From assembly GCA_963665125.2 (NCBI GenBank), contig CAXXUK010000002.1, forward strand, positions 608,001 through 672,000: 64,000 nucleotides of DNA. The letters run 5' to 3'. The notes under the pieces were generated by a model that was given only the letters and a program-made list of their open reading frames with translations, was not told where the DNA came from and did not search any database. The stretch is from an uncultured Desulfarculus sp. (GTDB lineage Bacteria; Desulfobacterota; Desulfarculia; Desulfarculales; Desulfarculaceae). Position numbers and translations under genes: made by a program. This document shows positions 1 to 10,036 of the stretch, piece after piece (positions within the stretch are counted from its first letter, which is position 1; the number at the start of each line of letters is the position of its first letter).

Positions 1-2
1 TT

Positions 3-245
3 CTGCCGTCCCTGTCTGGGCGGGACTGCGTCTGGGTGGTGGCCCACTCGGGCAGTCTGTGGGGCCTGGCCAGACTACTTTACGAAACGGGTGGCCAAGA
101 CCTACCGCCCTGGATCCTGCCTCCTGCCAATCCTCTATGCCTGGAGTTGGACCGGGGTCTCCGGCCCGTGGCCGCCCGCTTTCTGGACCGCGGCGGCGAG
201 AACCCGTCCCCGCTACCCGCGATCCCGGCGTTGCGGTCCGAATAG
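3..245 (+). CDS. C-terminal fragment (5'-truncated by window edge) of a histidine phosphatase / GpmA-like protein
   Basis: Frame from nt 3 reads LPSLSGRDCVWVVAHSGSLWGLARLL...LPPANPLCLELDRGLRP. This parallels the GpmA C-terminus [17 protein letters not shown]...[11 protein letters not shown] seen at 28669 in this window. Confidence 0.6.
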   Translation: MPSLSGRDCVWVVAHSGSLWGLARLLYETGGQDLPPWILPPANPLCLELDRGLRPVAARFLDRGGENPSPLPAIPALRSE

Positions 246-270
246 CCACCCTCGTCTCCCGGCATTCGGC

Positions 271-1806
271 TCAAAGGCGCGGCGCGATCGTTCTATCTCC
301 GGCCTCCCGTTCCCTGAGCCGCTCCAATAATGGCGCCAGCAGGGTCTCGATCATCTCCTCGCGCTGTGCTATGCCTTCGGGGCCAGGGCCGTCGGCCTCG
401 CCGAACGACAGGCGGGGCCGCTCGAACAGGGGCTTGGGCGACGAGGAAAGGTCGCGTAGGCCGTAGTCGCCCGGCCGGCGGGCCATGCTGGAGCCGGGCT
501 CAAGCAGAAAACGGTGCAGGGCGAGTTCCACATCAGGCGCGTCCAGCAGGGATTCCAACAAGGAACGCAGGGCCCGGGCGTCCTCGGGACCCTCGTGGGG
601 GGTATGGTACATCAGGTGCAGATGGCTCTTGATGCCCAGATCGCGGCACTCGGCCAGCAGGCCGGGCACCCGCTCCACCGGAAAGCCCTTGCCCAGCAGG
701 CGCACGGTGGGCTGGTGCATGGCCTCCACGCCCCAGAAGAGGCTGAAGCAGCCCGAACTACGGGCCAGGGCCAGGAGCCGGTGGCTGAATCCCTGCACCC
801 GGGCATAGGCGTACCAGCTCATGCCCGGCATTACATCGGGCAAACGGCCGCACAGGCGCGAGAGCTGATCCGGGTCGGCGTTGATGCTGGCGTCGCAGAA
901 CACGAAATCCCGGCTGCGGTAAGCGCGGGCCAGGCCATCGAGCTCGGCGAGAATCTTTTCCAGCGGCTTGCGCTCGAAGTCATCCACCAGGCGGCCGGTG
1001 CAGAAACTGCAGCGCGATGCGCAGCCCTTGGTAATCCGATAGGGCAGAAACAGCGCGTCTCGGCCCGTGACCGGATGGCGCATGCGGTAGTCATCCAGGT
1101 CCAGCCCATCGAAATCCGGGGCATATTCTTCTGGTGCGGGCAAGCGGGCGGGCGGGCTCTCGCGGAGGTGTCCGGCGCTAAGGAAGCAGGCGCCCGGCAC
1201 CTCGGCAGGCGTCACGCTTCCCCGGTCCGAGATCATCCGGTGCAGGGTGGCCAGGGGCTCCTCGCCGTTGCCCCTTATCCAAAGGTCGGCGCAACCAAAG
1301 GCCGCCAGCTCGGTGATCGGCTTGATGGTGACGTAGGGCCCTCCGAATATGATCAGCGCCCCCGGCTCTCTGCGCTTGATGCACCGGGCCAGAAGCAGGC
1401 TGGCCCAGTACTGGGGATAAGCCATGATCGAAAAGGCGTAGATCGCCGCCCCGCCCGGCAGTCGGTCGGCATATTTGGCCGCGAAATCCTCCAGCCTTCC
1501 GCTGCTCGCCCGTCCGTGCAGGAGGTCCAGATATTCCTCCTGACTGAACCCGTGCTCGCGGCTGTGGTAGTTTGGGTCGTCCGGCGCGCCGTGCAGATAG
1601 ACCGCGAGTAGATCATGCTGGCTCACCGGGACGCCCCGGTCCTTCAGATAGGCGTAGAGCACGGCCATGCCGTATGGCAAAACCTTGGTGGGCAGGTAGC
1701 GCTTGCTCAGGGCCGGGGGGTGCACCAGCACCACCGGGGCGTCGGGTGCGAGGTCGACGGTTTGCGGGCCGTATCCCGGGCGGACGGTCGATACAGGAAC
1801 GGACAT
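271..1806 (-). CDS. B12-binding-domain radical SAM protein
   Basis: CxxxCxxC (GCASRCSFC); N-terminal cobalamin-binding-like segments (LVHPP...PYGMAVLYAYLK, IIFGGPYVT, GNGEEPL); GC.SLFWGVE motif. Start set at ATG 1806 (the ORF track extends to 1887). Confidence 0.8.
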   Translation of the reverse strand: MSVPVSTVRPGYGPQTVDLAPDAPVVLVHPPALSKRYLPTKVLPYGMAVLYAYLKDRGVPVSQHDLLAVYLHGAPDDPNYHSREHGFSQEEYLDLLHGRASSGRLEDFAAKYADRLPGGAAIYAFSIMAYPQYWASLLLARCIKRREPGALIIFGGPYVTIKPITELAAFGCADLWIRGNGEEPLATLHRMISDRGSVTPAEVPGACFLSAGHLRESPPARLPAPEEYAPDFDGLDLDDYRMRHPVTGRDALFLPYRITKGCASRCSFCTGRLVDDFERKPLEKILAELDGLARAYRSRDFVFCDASINADPDQLSRLCGRLPDVMPGMSWYAYARVQGFSHRLLALARSSGCFSLFWGVEAMHQPTVRLLGKGFPVERVPGLLAECRDLGIKSHLHLMYHTPHEGPEDARALRSLLESLLDAPDVELALHRFLLEPGSSMARRPGDYGLRDLSSSPKPLFERPRLSFGEADGPGPEGIAQREEMIETLLAPLLERLREREAGDRTIAPRL

Positions 1807-1904
1807 GGGCTTGCCTGCCGTTAAGGACTGTAATATATTCGTTTTCCGTTGGTCTGTCATGGTAGCCCAGGGGAAGCGGGGTGACAAATATTTTCAATTC
1901 AGAG

Positions 1905-3689
1905 ATGCCGGCACTCAACCTCCGCCGGGGGCGGGGACGCAGGGGCACCCGGCGCGTCACGGCCCTGATACTGCTGTTGGCCGTGGTTCTGCTCCCGGCC
2001 GGCCGGGCACCGGCCACGGACCTACCGCCGGACAAGGTGGTCATCACCGACAAAGACATCGCCCGGCTCAACGTGCAGACCATCCAGGACCTGTTGAACC
2101 TGGTACCCGGGGTCCAGGCCGATTCCAGCACGGTGACCATCCGGGGTTCCAGCAACGTGCGCGTATTGCTGGATGGGCTATCGCTGAAAAACGCCCTGAC
2201 CGCCTCCAGCACCATCCGTTGGAACCTTGTCTTCCTGCCCTCGGTGGCCGAGGTGGTGATCCTCAAGGGCAGCGGATCGGTGGCGCACGGCGACGACAGC
2301 AGCGGCGGCGTCATCACCATATCCACCAAGCGCCTGGAACGTGATCAGGGCTATGCCCAGGTCTGCTTCGGCGGCAACGGCATCCAGGACCACCAACTTC
2401 AGTTCGGAAGCGTTGGCGAGATATGGGGCTTGCGCGCCGACGCCGGCTACTACCACAGCGACGGCTTTCGGCTCAACAACGACAAAACCATCTGGCGTTT
2501 CGGCCTCAAGTCGTCCCTGGCCCCGGCCCCGTGGCAAGAGGAAAAGGCGCGCGGCCTGGCCGACGACATCTCCCTGGCCATGAATCTTTCCCAAACAGAG
2601 CGCGGTCTACCGGGACTGCCCGCCTTTCCCCATCCGGAGGCCCGCGAACGCCAGCGCGACCTGGGCGCCACCCTGGCCGGCAAGTGGCACGGGGTGACCA
2701 GCGGAACCTACGTCACCAACTTCGAGAAGGACTTCAGCAACCCCGAAACCAATATGTATACCAACTTGGAGAGCTTGACCCTGCGCCAGGAGTTCAAAGG
2801 TTCTGCCGCCCTAGGAATCCTGGGTCCGGTGGCGTGGGGGGCGTCTCTCCAGGGCAGCCGGGCACGCGGCAACGAGTTGGATGCGGTGGACGAGCAAGCC
2901 TACGGCTTATTCGCCAGCAAGAAGATCGCCCTGCAGACCCTTCCTGTGTCCATGAACCTGGGCCTGCGGGAGAATATCTACTCCGAGTTCGAATCGGTGC
3001 TCAACGCGGAGGCGGACCTGACCCTGGACTTGGGCTCGCTTTCCTTGCACGGCGGCGTGGTCATGTCGAACAACGCGCCCAGCTTCCTGCAGCGCTACGA
3101 CCACAGCAGCACCACCGACCCCAATCCGGACCTGAGCCTTGAGAAAAGCACCAACTACACCCTTGGTGCCTCCTACCAACCCGTGAAGCAGTTGCAGGTC
3201 GAGGTGACCATCTTCCACGACAAGGTCAAGGACCGCATAACCTACGTGCGCGGCGACGAAGGCATCGGGCGCTATGAGAACGTGGGCGAGGCGCTCCTGG
3301 AGGGCCTGGACTTGGCCTTCACCTATCGGCCCTGGCCTTGGCTGCGTTCCCAGGCCAGCTATGGCTACCTGGACGCCAAAGATAAATCCACCGGGCTTTG
3401 GCTGCCCGGCAAACCCCGGCACAGCGCCCGCCTGGACCTGCAGGTGATCCCTTCGGCCAATATCCAATTCGGCGTCAAGCTCACCTACAATTCCCAGGCC
3501 TACACAAAGGCCGACAACACCGAGACCGCCCCCAGCTATTACACCATGGATGTGCGAGCCGAGTACTTGTTCAAGGGCTTTCGAATCTATGGCAAAGTGG
3601 ACAACCTGCTGGATGAGGATTACCTCTCTGGCGATGGATACCCCGCCTCGCCACGGGTATGGCAGTTGGGCATCTCCCTCGACTTCTGA
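1905..3689 (+). CDS. TonB-dependent outer-membrane receptor (plug + barrel, BtuB-like size)
   Basis: Signal peptide; plug motifs VIT..DI, DLLNLVPGV, TIRG, VLLDG, ILKGSGS..HG...GGVI.I.TK; NPDL..E; C-terminal NLLDEDY...PR...LGISLDF ending in Phe. Start could be GTG 1881. Confidence 0.9.
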   Translation: MPALNLRRGRGRRGTRRVTALILLLAVVLLPAGRAPATDLPPDKVVITDKDIARLNVQTIQDLLNLVPGVQADSSTVTIRGSSNVRVLLDGLSLKNALTASSTIRWNLVFLPSVAEVVILKGSGSVAHGDDSSGGVITISTKRLERDQGYAQVCFGGNGIQDHQLQFGSVGEIWGLRADAGYYHSDGFRLNNDKTIWRFGLKSSLAPAPWQEEKARGLADDISLAMNLSQTERGLPGLPAFPHPEARERQRDLGATLAGKWHGVTSGTYVTNFEKDFSNPETNMYTNLESLTLRQEFKGSAALGILGPVAWGASLQGSRARGNELDAVDEQAYGLFASKKIALQTLPVSMNLGLRENIYSEFESVLNAEADLTLDLGSLSLHGGVVMSNNAPSFLQRYDHSSTTDPNPDLSLEKSTNYTLGASYQPVKQLQVEVTIFHDKVKDRITYVRGDEGIGRYENVGEALLEGLDLAFTYRPWPWLRSQASYGYLDAKDKSTGLWLPGKPRHSARLDLQVIPSANIQFGVKLTYNSQAYTKADNTETAPSYYTMDVRAEYLFKGFRIYGKVDNLLDEDYLSGDGYPASPRVWQLGISLDF

Positions 3690-3898
3690 TGAATCCAACG
3701 GGCCGCGATTTCTTCCATTAGGCAAAATGGTCCAGCCTAGTTTTTGCGGACACACGATTTATCCTGGGCCGGCCCTTTTTCTTTGCCCGATTCCCGTCCC
3801 GACAGCAAAAAAACCACTCCAATACTCCCCGGAAGATGAAGTAAAATCTGCTGAACAGCTTTGTTTTTTGGAACCAACACCCCAGTGGAGAGGAATCG

Positions 3899-4282
3899 AT
3901 GACCGAGAGCGGCAACGAAGGTAGCACCAGGAACGAGATCCTTGCCGAGGATCGCCGCCGCATGGACGAGCGCAAGCAATCCTACCGGGAGCGGGCGCTA
4001 AAGATGTTTCCCTGGGTCTGCGCCCGGTGCGGCCGCGAGTTCAGCGGCAAGCGCCTGAGCGAGTTGACCGTGCACCACAAGGACCACAACCACGACAACA
4101 ACCCGCTGGACGGCAGCAACTGGGAGCTGTTGTGCATCTATTGCCACGACAACGAGCACTCCCGCTACACCGAGGCCGAACTCTACGGCGCCGAGCCCGC
4201 GCCCCGGCCCAAGGCGGACAAGCCATCGACTACGTACAAGGCCTTCGCGGGCCTGGCGGATTTATTGAAGGATAAGGAGTAG
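3899..4282 (+). CDS. yajD: YajD-family HNH nuclease
   Basis: YRERALKMFPWVCARCGREF...LTVHHKDHNHDNNP.DGSNWELLCIYCHDNEH is the YajD signature; GGAGAGG RBS upstream. Confidence 0.85.
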   Translation: MTESGNEGSTRNEILAEDRRRMDERKQSYRERALKMFPWVCARCGREFSGKRLSELTVHHKDHNHDNNPLDGSNWELLCIYCHDNEHSRYTEAELYGAEPAPRPKADKPSTTYKAFAGLADLLKDKE

Positions 4283-4312
4283 AAGCGGCGGATAATAAAA
4301 AATAACTATTTT

Positions 4313-6541
4313 TCAATTGCGAGGAGAAAGACTTTCTTTCGATGCCTCACGCACCATCATTTCATAGTGTTCTTTATGATTTGACTTGTAAAAAATGTTT
4401 TTAAATATTTCCCGATATTTGTTAACAGTAGAGTTATCTGTAGCGATTAGATGATCATCAAAGGCAGAGTGCGACCCATCGTTCATCCAGGAAAACAAAG
4501 AATTACATATCTGTTTTTCGGTGCCATCAAATAAGTTACAGATTTGGTCAGAGTCAACGCCGCCCAAAATTTTAAAATAGTTTTCCAAAATGCGACGCAT
4601 GTTATTTTGAATAGATAGGCAAGACCCGGATGGTCGAACGAGCTCCTGCCATAACAGTTGATAAGATGTGCTTATTGGATTGCAAGCATATCTAAATACA
4701 TTAGACAAACAGTTACATTTTTTAACAATCCAAAAAGTTTCTACATTTGCCGCCTCTCTTTGTCTGATTTTATTAAACGTGACTTCCTTGTGGAAATATA
4801 CATTGTGGGTCATTATAAATACTTGTTTGATGTAACCATTATTAGTTTTCACCTCGTTTATTATTTGACGTATGAGGCTACTTACTATAAACAATACATC
4901 ACTGTCAAGGCTTGATATCGGATCATCAAAGACAACAATACGGTCTAGCGTAACGCCGCTCTCTCTGTTGCTACCTTTTAATAGATGGAAAAAGTAAAGG
5001 AAGGTGATAAAAGTTTTTTCTCCTTCGCTTAATGTTTCAATTGCATGCTCTCCATTCGGCCTAATGAGCTGATAACGTGTGCCATCATTGGTTGGTTTCA
5101 GGGAAAAACCATCGAATCCGAAACCAATTAATAACGCATTGATTTCCGAAATTGTTGGCTCAATACTCGTTGTCTGCTTCTCCAAATTATCAATTTCATT
5201 TTGTTTGTTTGTTCGAACAATGCTTTCGGATTGTATCTTGTCCTTTATGGACGTTATTGCCTTTTGTATGTCGTTGCGATTTCTTATGAACTCCTCAACA
5301 TCCTGTGTTAATTCATTGGCTATGATATATTTCCAGACTTGAGCCGTAACCTTTTTCTTTTCTTCGGATAGATTGTCAACCATCTGATTGTGCGAATCTA
5401 TAGATGCATTAGTTTTGGCTATTAATTCACGTAGTTCATCACATGCTTCTGATACTGGCTCTAGCATTGTTTTTTTGCTAGGCTCCTGAAGTTTATCATT
5501 AATTCTTCTATGGTTTTCATTAACAATCGTTAATATCTTGGCCCTTAAATGATCTAGTAAATCAGAGTCTAAAAACGACTCTAAATCATTGGGAATGGAA
5601 TCGATATTTTCTGATATTCGCTCAGATTCAAATTTATATGCATCGCCAAGCGATCTTACCAATTGAATATTTATATCATATGATTCGTCAAAATACTCTG
5701 TGAGACTCTTTCTGAACAACTCAGTGGTTGTTTGTTGGCAAAATGGGCATATTCCATTGTTTTTCTCAAAATATATTTTACCTTCCTTAACCCAGTCGCT
5801 ATTATTGAGCCTCTCAATCATTTCTGCTATATCAACATCTTTTTTGCCTACAACGCATTTATCTAAAATAGAATTTTTTTCGTGAGATATTATTCCTGAA
5901 AAATCAATCTCATTTATTTTAGTTATATGTGTTGGTTTCTTCCCAAATACTGTTTGCATCTTCTGTAGAATTTCATCAAATCCAACAAAATCTGCTGTAT
6001 TGTTTTCGTACTCTTCTAAGACCTTTGATTTAAACTTTTCAATACTGTCTCTAAAGCCTTTAAAGGCTTCTAAAAAATGTCCATCGTATTTTTGTTTTTG
6101 ATGCCAACATTTTTTGCCAAATTCTTTTTCAAGTTTCTTCAGTTGACCAATCTTTCCATCATCATCGCCACCGCCATTTAAAGTTTTGTTTAACTTGTCA
6201 ATTTGAATTATTATTTTTGACAACTCCTCTTTTGCAGTTGCAATCCGTTCTAATAATTCAATGCTGCCTTCCCCAAGAGTAAATATACCATTGAGAGTAT
6301 CGGATTGGGCAAAGTTGTCAGAGACGAAATCTTTATTATATACAAGAGTTTGCAATTTTCGATTATTGAGCCAATCTATACTGCATGATGGGTAGCGTTT
6401 TATAGATGCTATTACCCTGGAGATGGTTGTCTTGCCTGAGCCGTTCGCGCCGAAAATATAGTTAATTTTTGAAAGCCCTTTTAGCTCAATTTTTTCGCAG
6501 CCAAATGTAGCTGTATCTGCAATGGTTATCGCATTTATCAC
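4313..6541 (-). CDS. rloC: RloC-like (AAA_13) ABC/Rad50-type ATPase with zinc hook and C-terminal HEPN-like domain
   Basis: Walker A GANGSGKT, coiled coils, Zn-hook CPFCQQ, signature LSEGEK, Walker B/D-loop VFDDPISSLD, H-loop THN, C-terminal NNMRRILENYF...WMNDGSH. Strongly AT-rich compared with the flanks. Confidence 0.75.
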   Translation of the reverse strand: MINAITIADTATFGCEKIELKGLSKINYIFGANGSGKTTISRVIASIKRYPSCSIDWLNNRKLQTLVYNKDFVSDNFAQSDTLNGIFTLGEGSIELLERIATAKEELSKIIIQIDKLNKTLNGGGDDDGKIGQLKKLEKEFGKKCWHQKQKYDGHFLEAFKGFRDSIEKFKSKVLEEYENNTADFVGFDEILQKMQTVFGKKPTHITKINEIDFSGIISHEKNSILDKCVVGKKDVDIAEMIERLNNSDWVKEGKIYFEKNNGICPFCQQTTTELFRKSLTEYFDESYDINIQLVRSLGDAYKFESERISENIDSIPNDLESFLDSDLLDHLRAKILTIVNENHRRINDKLQEPSKKTMLEPVSEACDELRELIAKTNASIDSHNQMVDNLSEEKKKVTAQVWKYIIANELTQDVEEFIRNRNDIQKAITSIKDKIQSESIVRTNKQNEIDNLEKQTTSIEPTISEINALLIGFGFDGFSLKPTNDGTRYQLIRPNGEHAIETLSEGEKTFITFLYFFHLLKGSNRESGVTLDRIVVFDDPISSLDSDVLFIVSSLIRQIINEVKTNNGYIKQVFIMTHNVYFHKEVTFNKIRQREAANVETFWIVKKCNCLSNVFRYACNPISTSYQLLWQELVRPSGSCLSIQNNMRRILENYFKILGGVDSDQICNLFDGTEKQICNSLFSWMNDGSHSAFDDHLIATDNSTVNKYREIFKNIFYKSNHKEHYEMMVREASKESLSPRN

Positions 6542-6627
6542 TATGTGCCCCCCTGGACGTGTTTAGATATCTTCACTATTTGAGTCAGCACGCCGCCACC
6601 AATTAAGCGCCAACCACCCCCAACTCC

Positions 6628-7026
6628 CTAATAAATCCAATTGATATTGCAAGCAGGAGCACCGGACTTGAGCACGCCGTTGTTGTTGGGGAAATTGCAC
6701 CGGCCCGCGTCCTGCATGGCCTTGGAGCAATCCACGGGACTTGAAGAGACATAAGTGCAGCCGCCCTCCCCGCAGGCGGTCTTGCGATACCCCAGACGGC
6801 TGAGGGCTGGATGGACCGTGCCGCTGTAATAGGCGTACCTGGCCCCGCTCAGCGGTACGTTGAGACCTGGATACGGGTTGTTGATGGTGATCTTGCTTGT
6901 ATCCATATTGCACAGGGTCAGGCAATCGTTGTAGTTGGCGCTCTCGGGCTGATCTTCGGCGAACGCCACGCCGCACAAGGCGGTCGACAAAAGGCAGATG
7001 GCCAAAGCAACTCTACGCAAATTCAT
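6628..7026 (-). CDS. Small secreted Cys-rich hypothetical protein
   Basis: AAGGAG RBS, Sec signal peptide ending AFA, 7 Cys in the mature part. Confidence 0.7.
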   Translation of the reverse strand: MNLRRVALAICLLSTALCGVAFAEDQPESANYNDCLTLCNMDTSKITINNPYPGLNVPLSGARYAYYSGTVHPALSRLGYRKTACGEGGCTYVSSSPVDCSKAMQDAGRCNFPNNNGVLKSGAPACNINWIY

Positions 7027-7332
7027 GGCAATAATCTCCTTGGAATGATTGGTGCCGGGGGCCTGTCGGGATGGTGATGCCGCGCAGTTTGCTGGCCGGG
7101 GCCCCGCTGCACCCAGAATAAACTAAAAACCCCTGAAACGTGCAACAATTCGCAGCCGGTTCATGCCGCGAACAAACACGCCGCCGCGCTTTGGCCGTGG
7201 CTTGAGGGGGTTCTCCCGCCTGCCCGGACACACGGGAGAACCAAGGGCGCGGGCCAGGTGGATACTACCGATAACGCCTCGAAATGTGATTACGCTTTGG
7301 ATGGGCAGGTCAGTTTGGCGGGTCTGCCTTTT

Positions 7333-9306
7333 TCAGGCCTGGCTATCAAGGACTTCCCGGACAAGACTTAATAACTCGTCCATGCTGAAGGGCTTGGTGA
7401 TGTAACCGGCGGCGCCCTTTCTAAAGGTTTCCTGCACGCTGCCCGTGGGGGTGTAGCCGCTGGCGATCATCACCTTGGCCTTTGGATCAAGGGCGTGGAT
7501 CTGCTGCATGGCTTTTAAGCCGCCGATGCCGGGCATATTCAGGTCCATTATCACCAAGTCGACACCGGGCCCGTATTCCTTGACGGCCCCTTCGCCGCTG
7601 GCCGCGGTCTTCACTTTATAGCCACAAGACTCCAACAATGCAGTGCATAGATCCAACAATTCAAGTTCATCATCAACAACGAGGATGGTTTCATTGCCCA
7701 GATCAGGGGTTTTGGCAATACCAGCAGCTGGCTCGGCTGGTATGTCTTCACTGCCGGCGGCCGGAAGCAGGATAGTGAATCTAGTTCCCGCTCCGATCTC
7801 GCTGCTGCATGAAATGTGACCGCCATGGCCTTTGATTACGCCATAAACCGAGGCCAGACCGAGCCCGGTTCCCGAGCCGATTTCCTTGGTCGTGTAGAAG
7901 GGGTCGAATACATGCTCGATGGTTTCCCGGCTCATGCCGCTGCCGGTATCGGAAACGATCAGCTGGATGTATTCCCCAGGCAAGGCGCTGATGCATTCGT
8001 GGTTGTGATCATCGTCCAAGGCGATCCTGTCGCATTGGATCAAGAACCTGCCGCCATCGGGCATTGCATCTTTTGCGTTGCCGGCCAGGTTCAACAGGAC
8101 CTGCTCTATCTGGAAGGCGTCGGCCTTGGTAATAAGGGGGACATCGGCCGAACGGGTCTCAACGGAAACCATTTTGGGTATGGTGCGCTGGATTATCTGC
8201 GACGTTTCAGCAATAATGCGGGCGATATCCAGTGGCTTGGGGGCAAACGAGGCCTTGCGGCTAAAAGCCAGAATTTGCTCTATGAGCTTCTTGCCGCGGT
8301 CCGCCGCTCTGACTATCGGCTTTATCTCCTCAGTCGAGGTCCGGCCATTTTCGGCGTTTTTTAGGGCCATTTCCGAATAGCCCGTGATGACCGTCAGTAT
8401 GTTATTGAAATCATGGGCTATGCCGCCGGCAAGGGTGCCCAGGGCCTCCATTTTGTGCATGTGGTTGAGCTGGGCCTCAAGCTTGGCCTTTTCCTTTTCG
8501 AGTTTTTTGAATTCCGTCACATCCTTGGTAATGGATATGATGCATTGCTCCCCGTCCAGGTCCATGAATTTGGCGGAAAAATAGGAATCCGAAAAGGAAC
8601 CGTCTCTTCTACGAAACTGAATTTCAAGGTTGACAACCCTGCCGGTCTTCTGGAGGGCTTCGAGCAAGAGGAACCGGTCATCGGGATTGGAATAAATATT
8701 CAACTCGTACGCTGTCTTGCCGATCACTTCTTCCCGCGAGTATCCGGTTCTGGAGCAGAATCCATCGTTAACGAACCTGTACCGGCCATCTTTGACGTTG
8801 GTGACGGCAACGGCATCGGGAATGGCGTCAAAAGTTGACAGGTAGGGAAGCTCCCATTCCGGGAAAGCATCCACGGCTTGCTTGCCCTCCGGGGTTTCCC
8901 GCATAACGGCAACATACCCCAGGACTTGATTTTCCCCACCGTAAACAGCCGTGAGAGCCAAGTCCACGACTATGGCCGATGCGTCCTTTTTGAGGAAGAC
9001 CCATTGCCCCCGCCAGGCGCCGGAGCGCTTGATCTCGGCATATGCTATTTCACCGAAAATGACTAATGATTCGTATGACGGATGGATGAATTCGATGGGG
9101 CGGTTGAGGACTTCGTCCCTGGTATAGCCGAAGGTGTCCAGAAAGGCGGTGTTGCAGTCTCTGACTACACGATTGGTATCCACCGATAAAATGCAGTCGG
9201 TGGTGTTGTCAAAAAATGACCGAAGAAACGTTTCCCGGTTGCTAAGACCATCGGATGGGTCATTGGCATGGGAGTGGTGCTCTTTGGTGGTGAACTTTTC
9301 TTGCAA
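7333..9306 (-). CDS. Hybrid PAS-PAS sensor histidine kinase / response regulator
   Basis: Two PAS domains, H-box GGIAHDFNNIL, N-box QVLLNLAGNAKDAM, G boxes DTGSGM, FDPFYTTK, GTGLGL, C-terminal REC (ILVVDDE, DLNMP, KPF). Start uncertain (TTG). Confidence 0.92.
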   Translation of the reverse strand: MQEKFTTKEHHSHANDPSDGLSNRETFLRSFFDNTTDCILSVDTNRVVRDCNTAFLDTFGYTRDEVLNRPIEFIHPSYESLVIFGEIAYAEIKRSGAWRGQWVFLKKDASAIVVDLALTAVYGGENQVLGYVAVMRETPEGKQAVDAFPEWELPYLSTFDAIPDAVAVTNVKDGRYRFVNDGFCSRTGYSREEVIGKTAYELNIYSNPDDRFLLLEALQKTGRVVNLEIQFRRRDGSFSDSYFSAKFMDLDGEQCIISITKDVTEFKKLEKEKAKLEAQLNHMHKMEALGTLAGGIAHDFNNILTVITGYSEMALKNAENGRTSTEEIKPIVRAADRGKKLIEQILAFSRKASFAPKPLDIARIIAETSQIIQRTIPKMVSVETRSADVPLITKADAFQIEQVLLNLAGNAKDAMPDGGRFLIQCDRIALDDDHNHECISALPGEYIQLIVSDTGSGMSRETIEHVFDPFYTTKEIGSGTGLGLASVYGVIKGHGGHISCSSEIGAGTRFTILLPAAGSEDIPAEPAAGIAKTPDLGNETILVVDDELELLDLCTALLESCGYKVKTAASGEGAVKEYGPGVDLVIMDLNMPGIGGLKAMQQIHALDPKAKVMIASGYTPTGSVQETFRKGAAGYITKPFSMDELLSLVREVLDSQA

Positions 9307-9523
9307 CCGGTGAACCTTTGTCTAAACGATGTTAATTGTCGCTGCTGATTGTTCGCTCCCCTCGGTATGTTCTTTCTACATTTATTATACTAGCCAACAA
9401 AAAATGTAGACGTCAACGGTTGTTCCATGCTTGGATGCAGTTGATATAAGGCTTGCCCGGTGCCGCGGCAACCCTTTCAGTTTGGTTGCGCCGCCGCAAC
9501 ATCAAGTCAAAGGAGGAGCCTCC

Positions 9524-9955
9524 ATGAAAGCAACCCGCTGGGCCTTGCAGATTCTGTTGATTCTCCTGGTCGGCTTGGCCTTTGCCTCTGCCGCCCTGGC
9601 CGCCAACAACTTCATCAAGATCGTCAACAACTGCAACAACAAGATCGTTTTCTACTACAAGTGCTACAACAACAACCCCTGGGACCAGAACACCGGCTGC
9701 CCCTCGGACAACACGATGAACCACGTCGACGTCGGCAAGAGCTGGACCAAGACCTACACCTATAACTCCATCAGCACCTGTAAAAAGATTTATGTCAGCT
9801 ATGGCCGCTATGACCGCAGCTGCGAGGCCAACGACAAGAAACTGAAGGCCGAATTTCCCGAGAACATGCCCAAGATCCTCACCGTTGAGGGCAATTGCCA
9901 GGGCAGCAGCTTCGATTTCCGCATGGTACCCCAGGGCGGTACGGTCATAGATTAG
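9524..9955 (+). CDS. Small secreted Cys-rich hypothetical protein
   Basis: AGGAGG RBS before ATG 9524; signal peptide MKATRWALQILL...AALA; 6 Cys in the mature part; host-like codon usage. Confidence 0.8.
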   Translation: MKATRWALQILLILLVGLAFASAALAANNFIKIVNNCNNKIVFYYKCYNNNPWDQNTGCPSDNTMNHVDVGKSWTKTYTYNSISTCKKIYVSYGRYDRSCEANDKKLKAEFPENMPKILTVEGNCQGSSFDFRMVPQGGTVID

Positions 9956-10007
9956 GCGGATACTGGCAGGCGCGAGGGTAAACTGCGGCGCCCAGGGGCC
10001 GCGGCCC

Positions 10008-10036
10008 TTGACATTCAAAATCACGGCTGATAAACA
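10008..10036 (+). promoter_or_regulatory. Putative sigma70 promoter of the riboswitch leader
   Basis: TTGACA-N17-TAAACA with TGn extended -10, immediately upstream of the riboswitch. Confidence 0.55.

Noticed and set aside
3899..6541. HNH nuclease plus ATPase as a two-gene defence system (Septu-like)
   Set aside because: The HNH gene is a host-GC YajD-type gene, convergent with and compositionally unlike the ATPase gene; the adjacency looks incidental.
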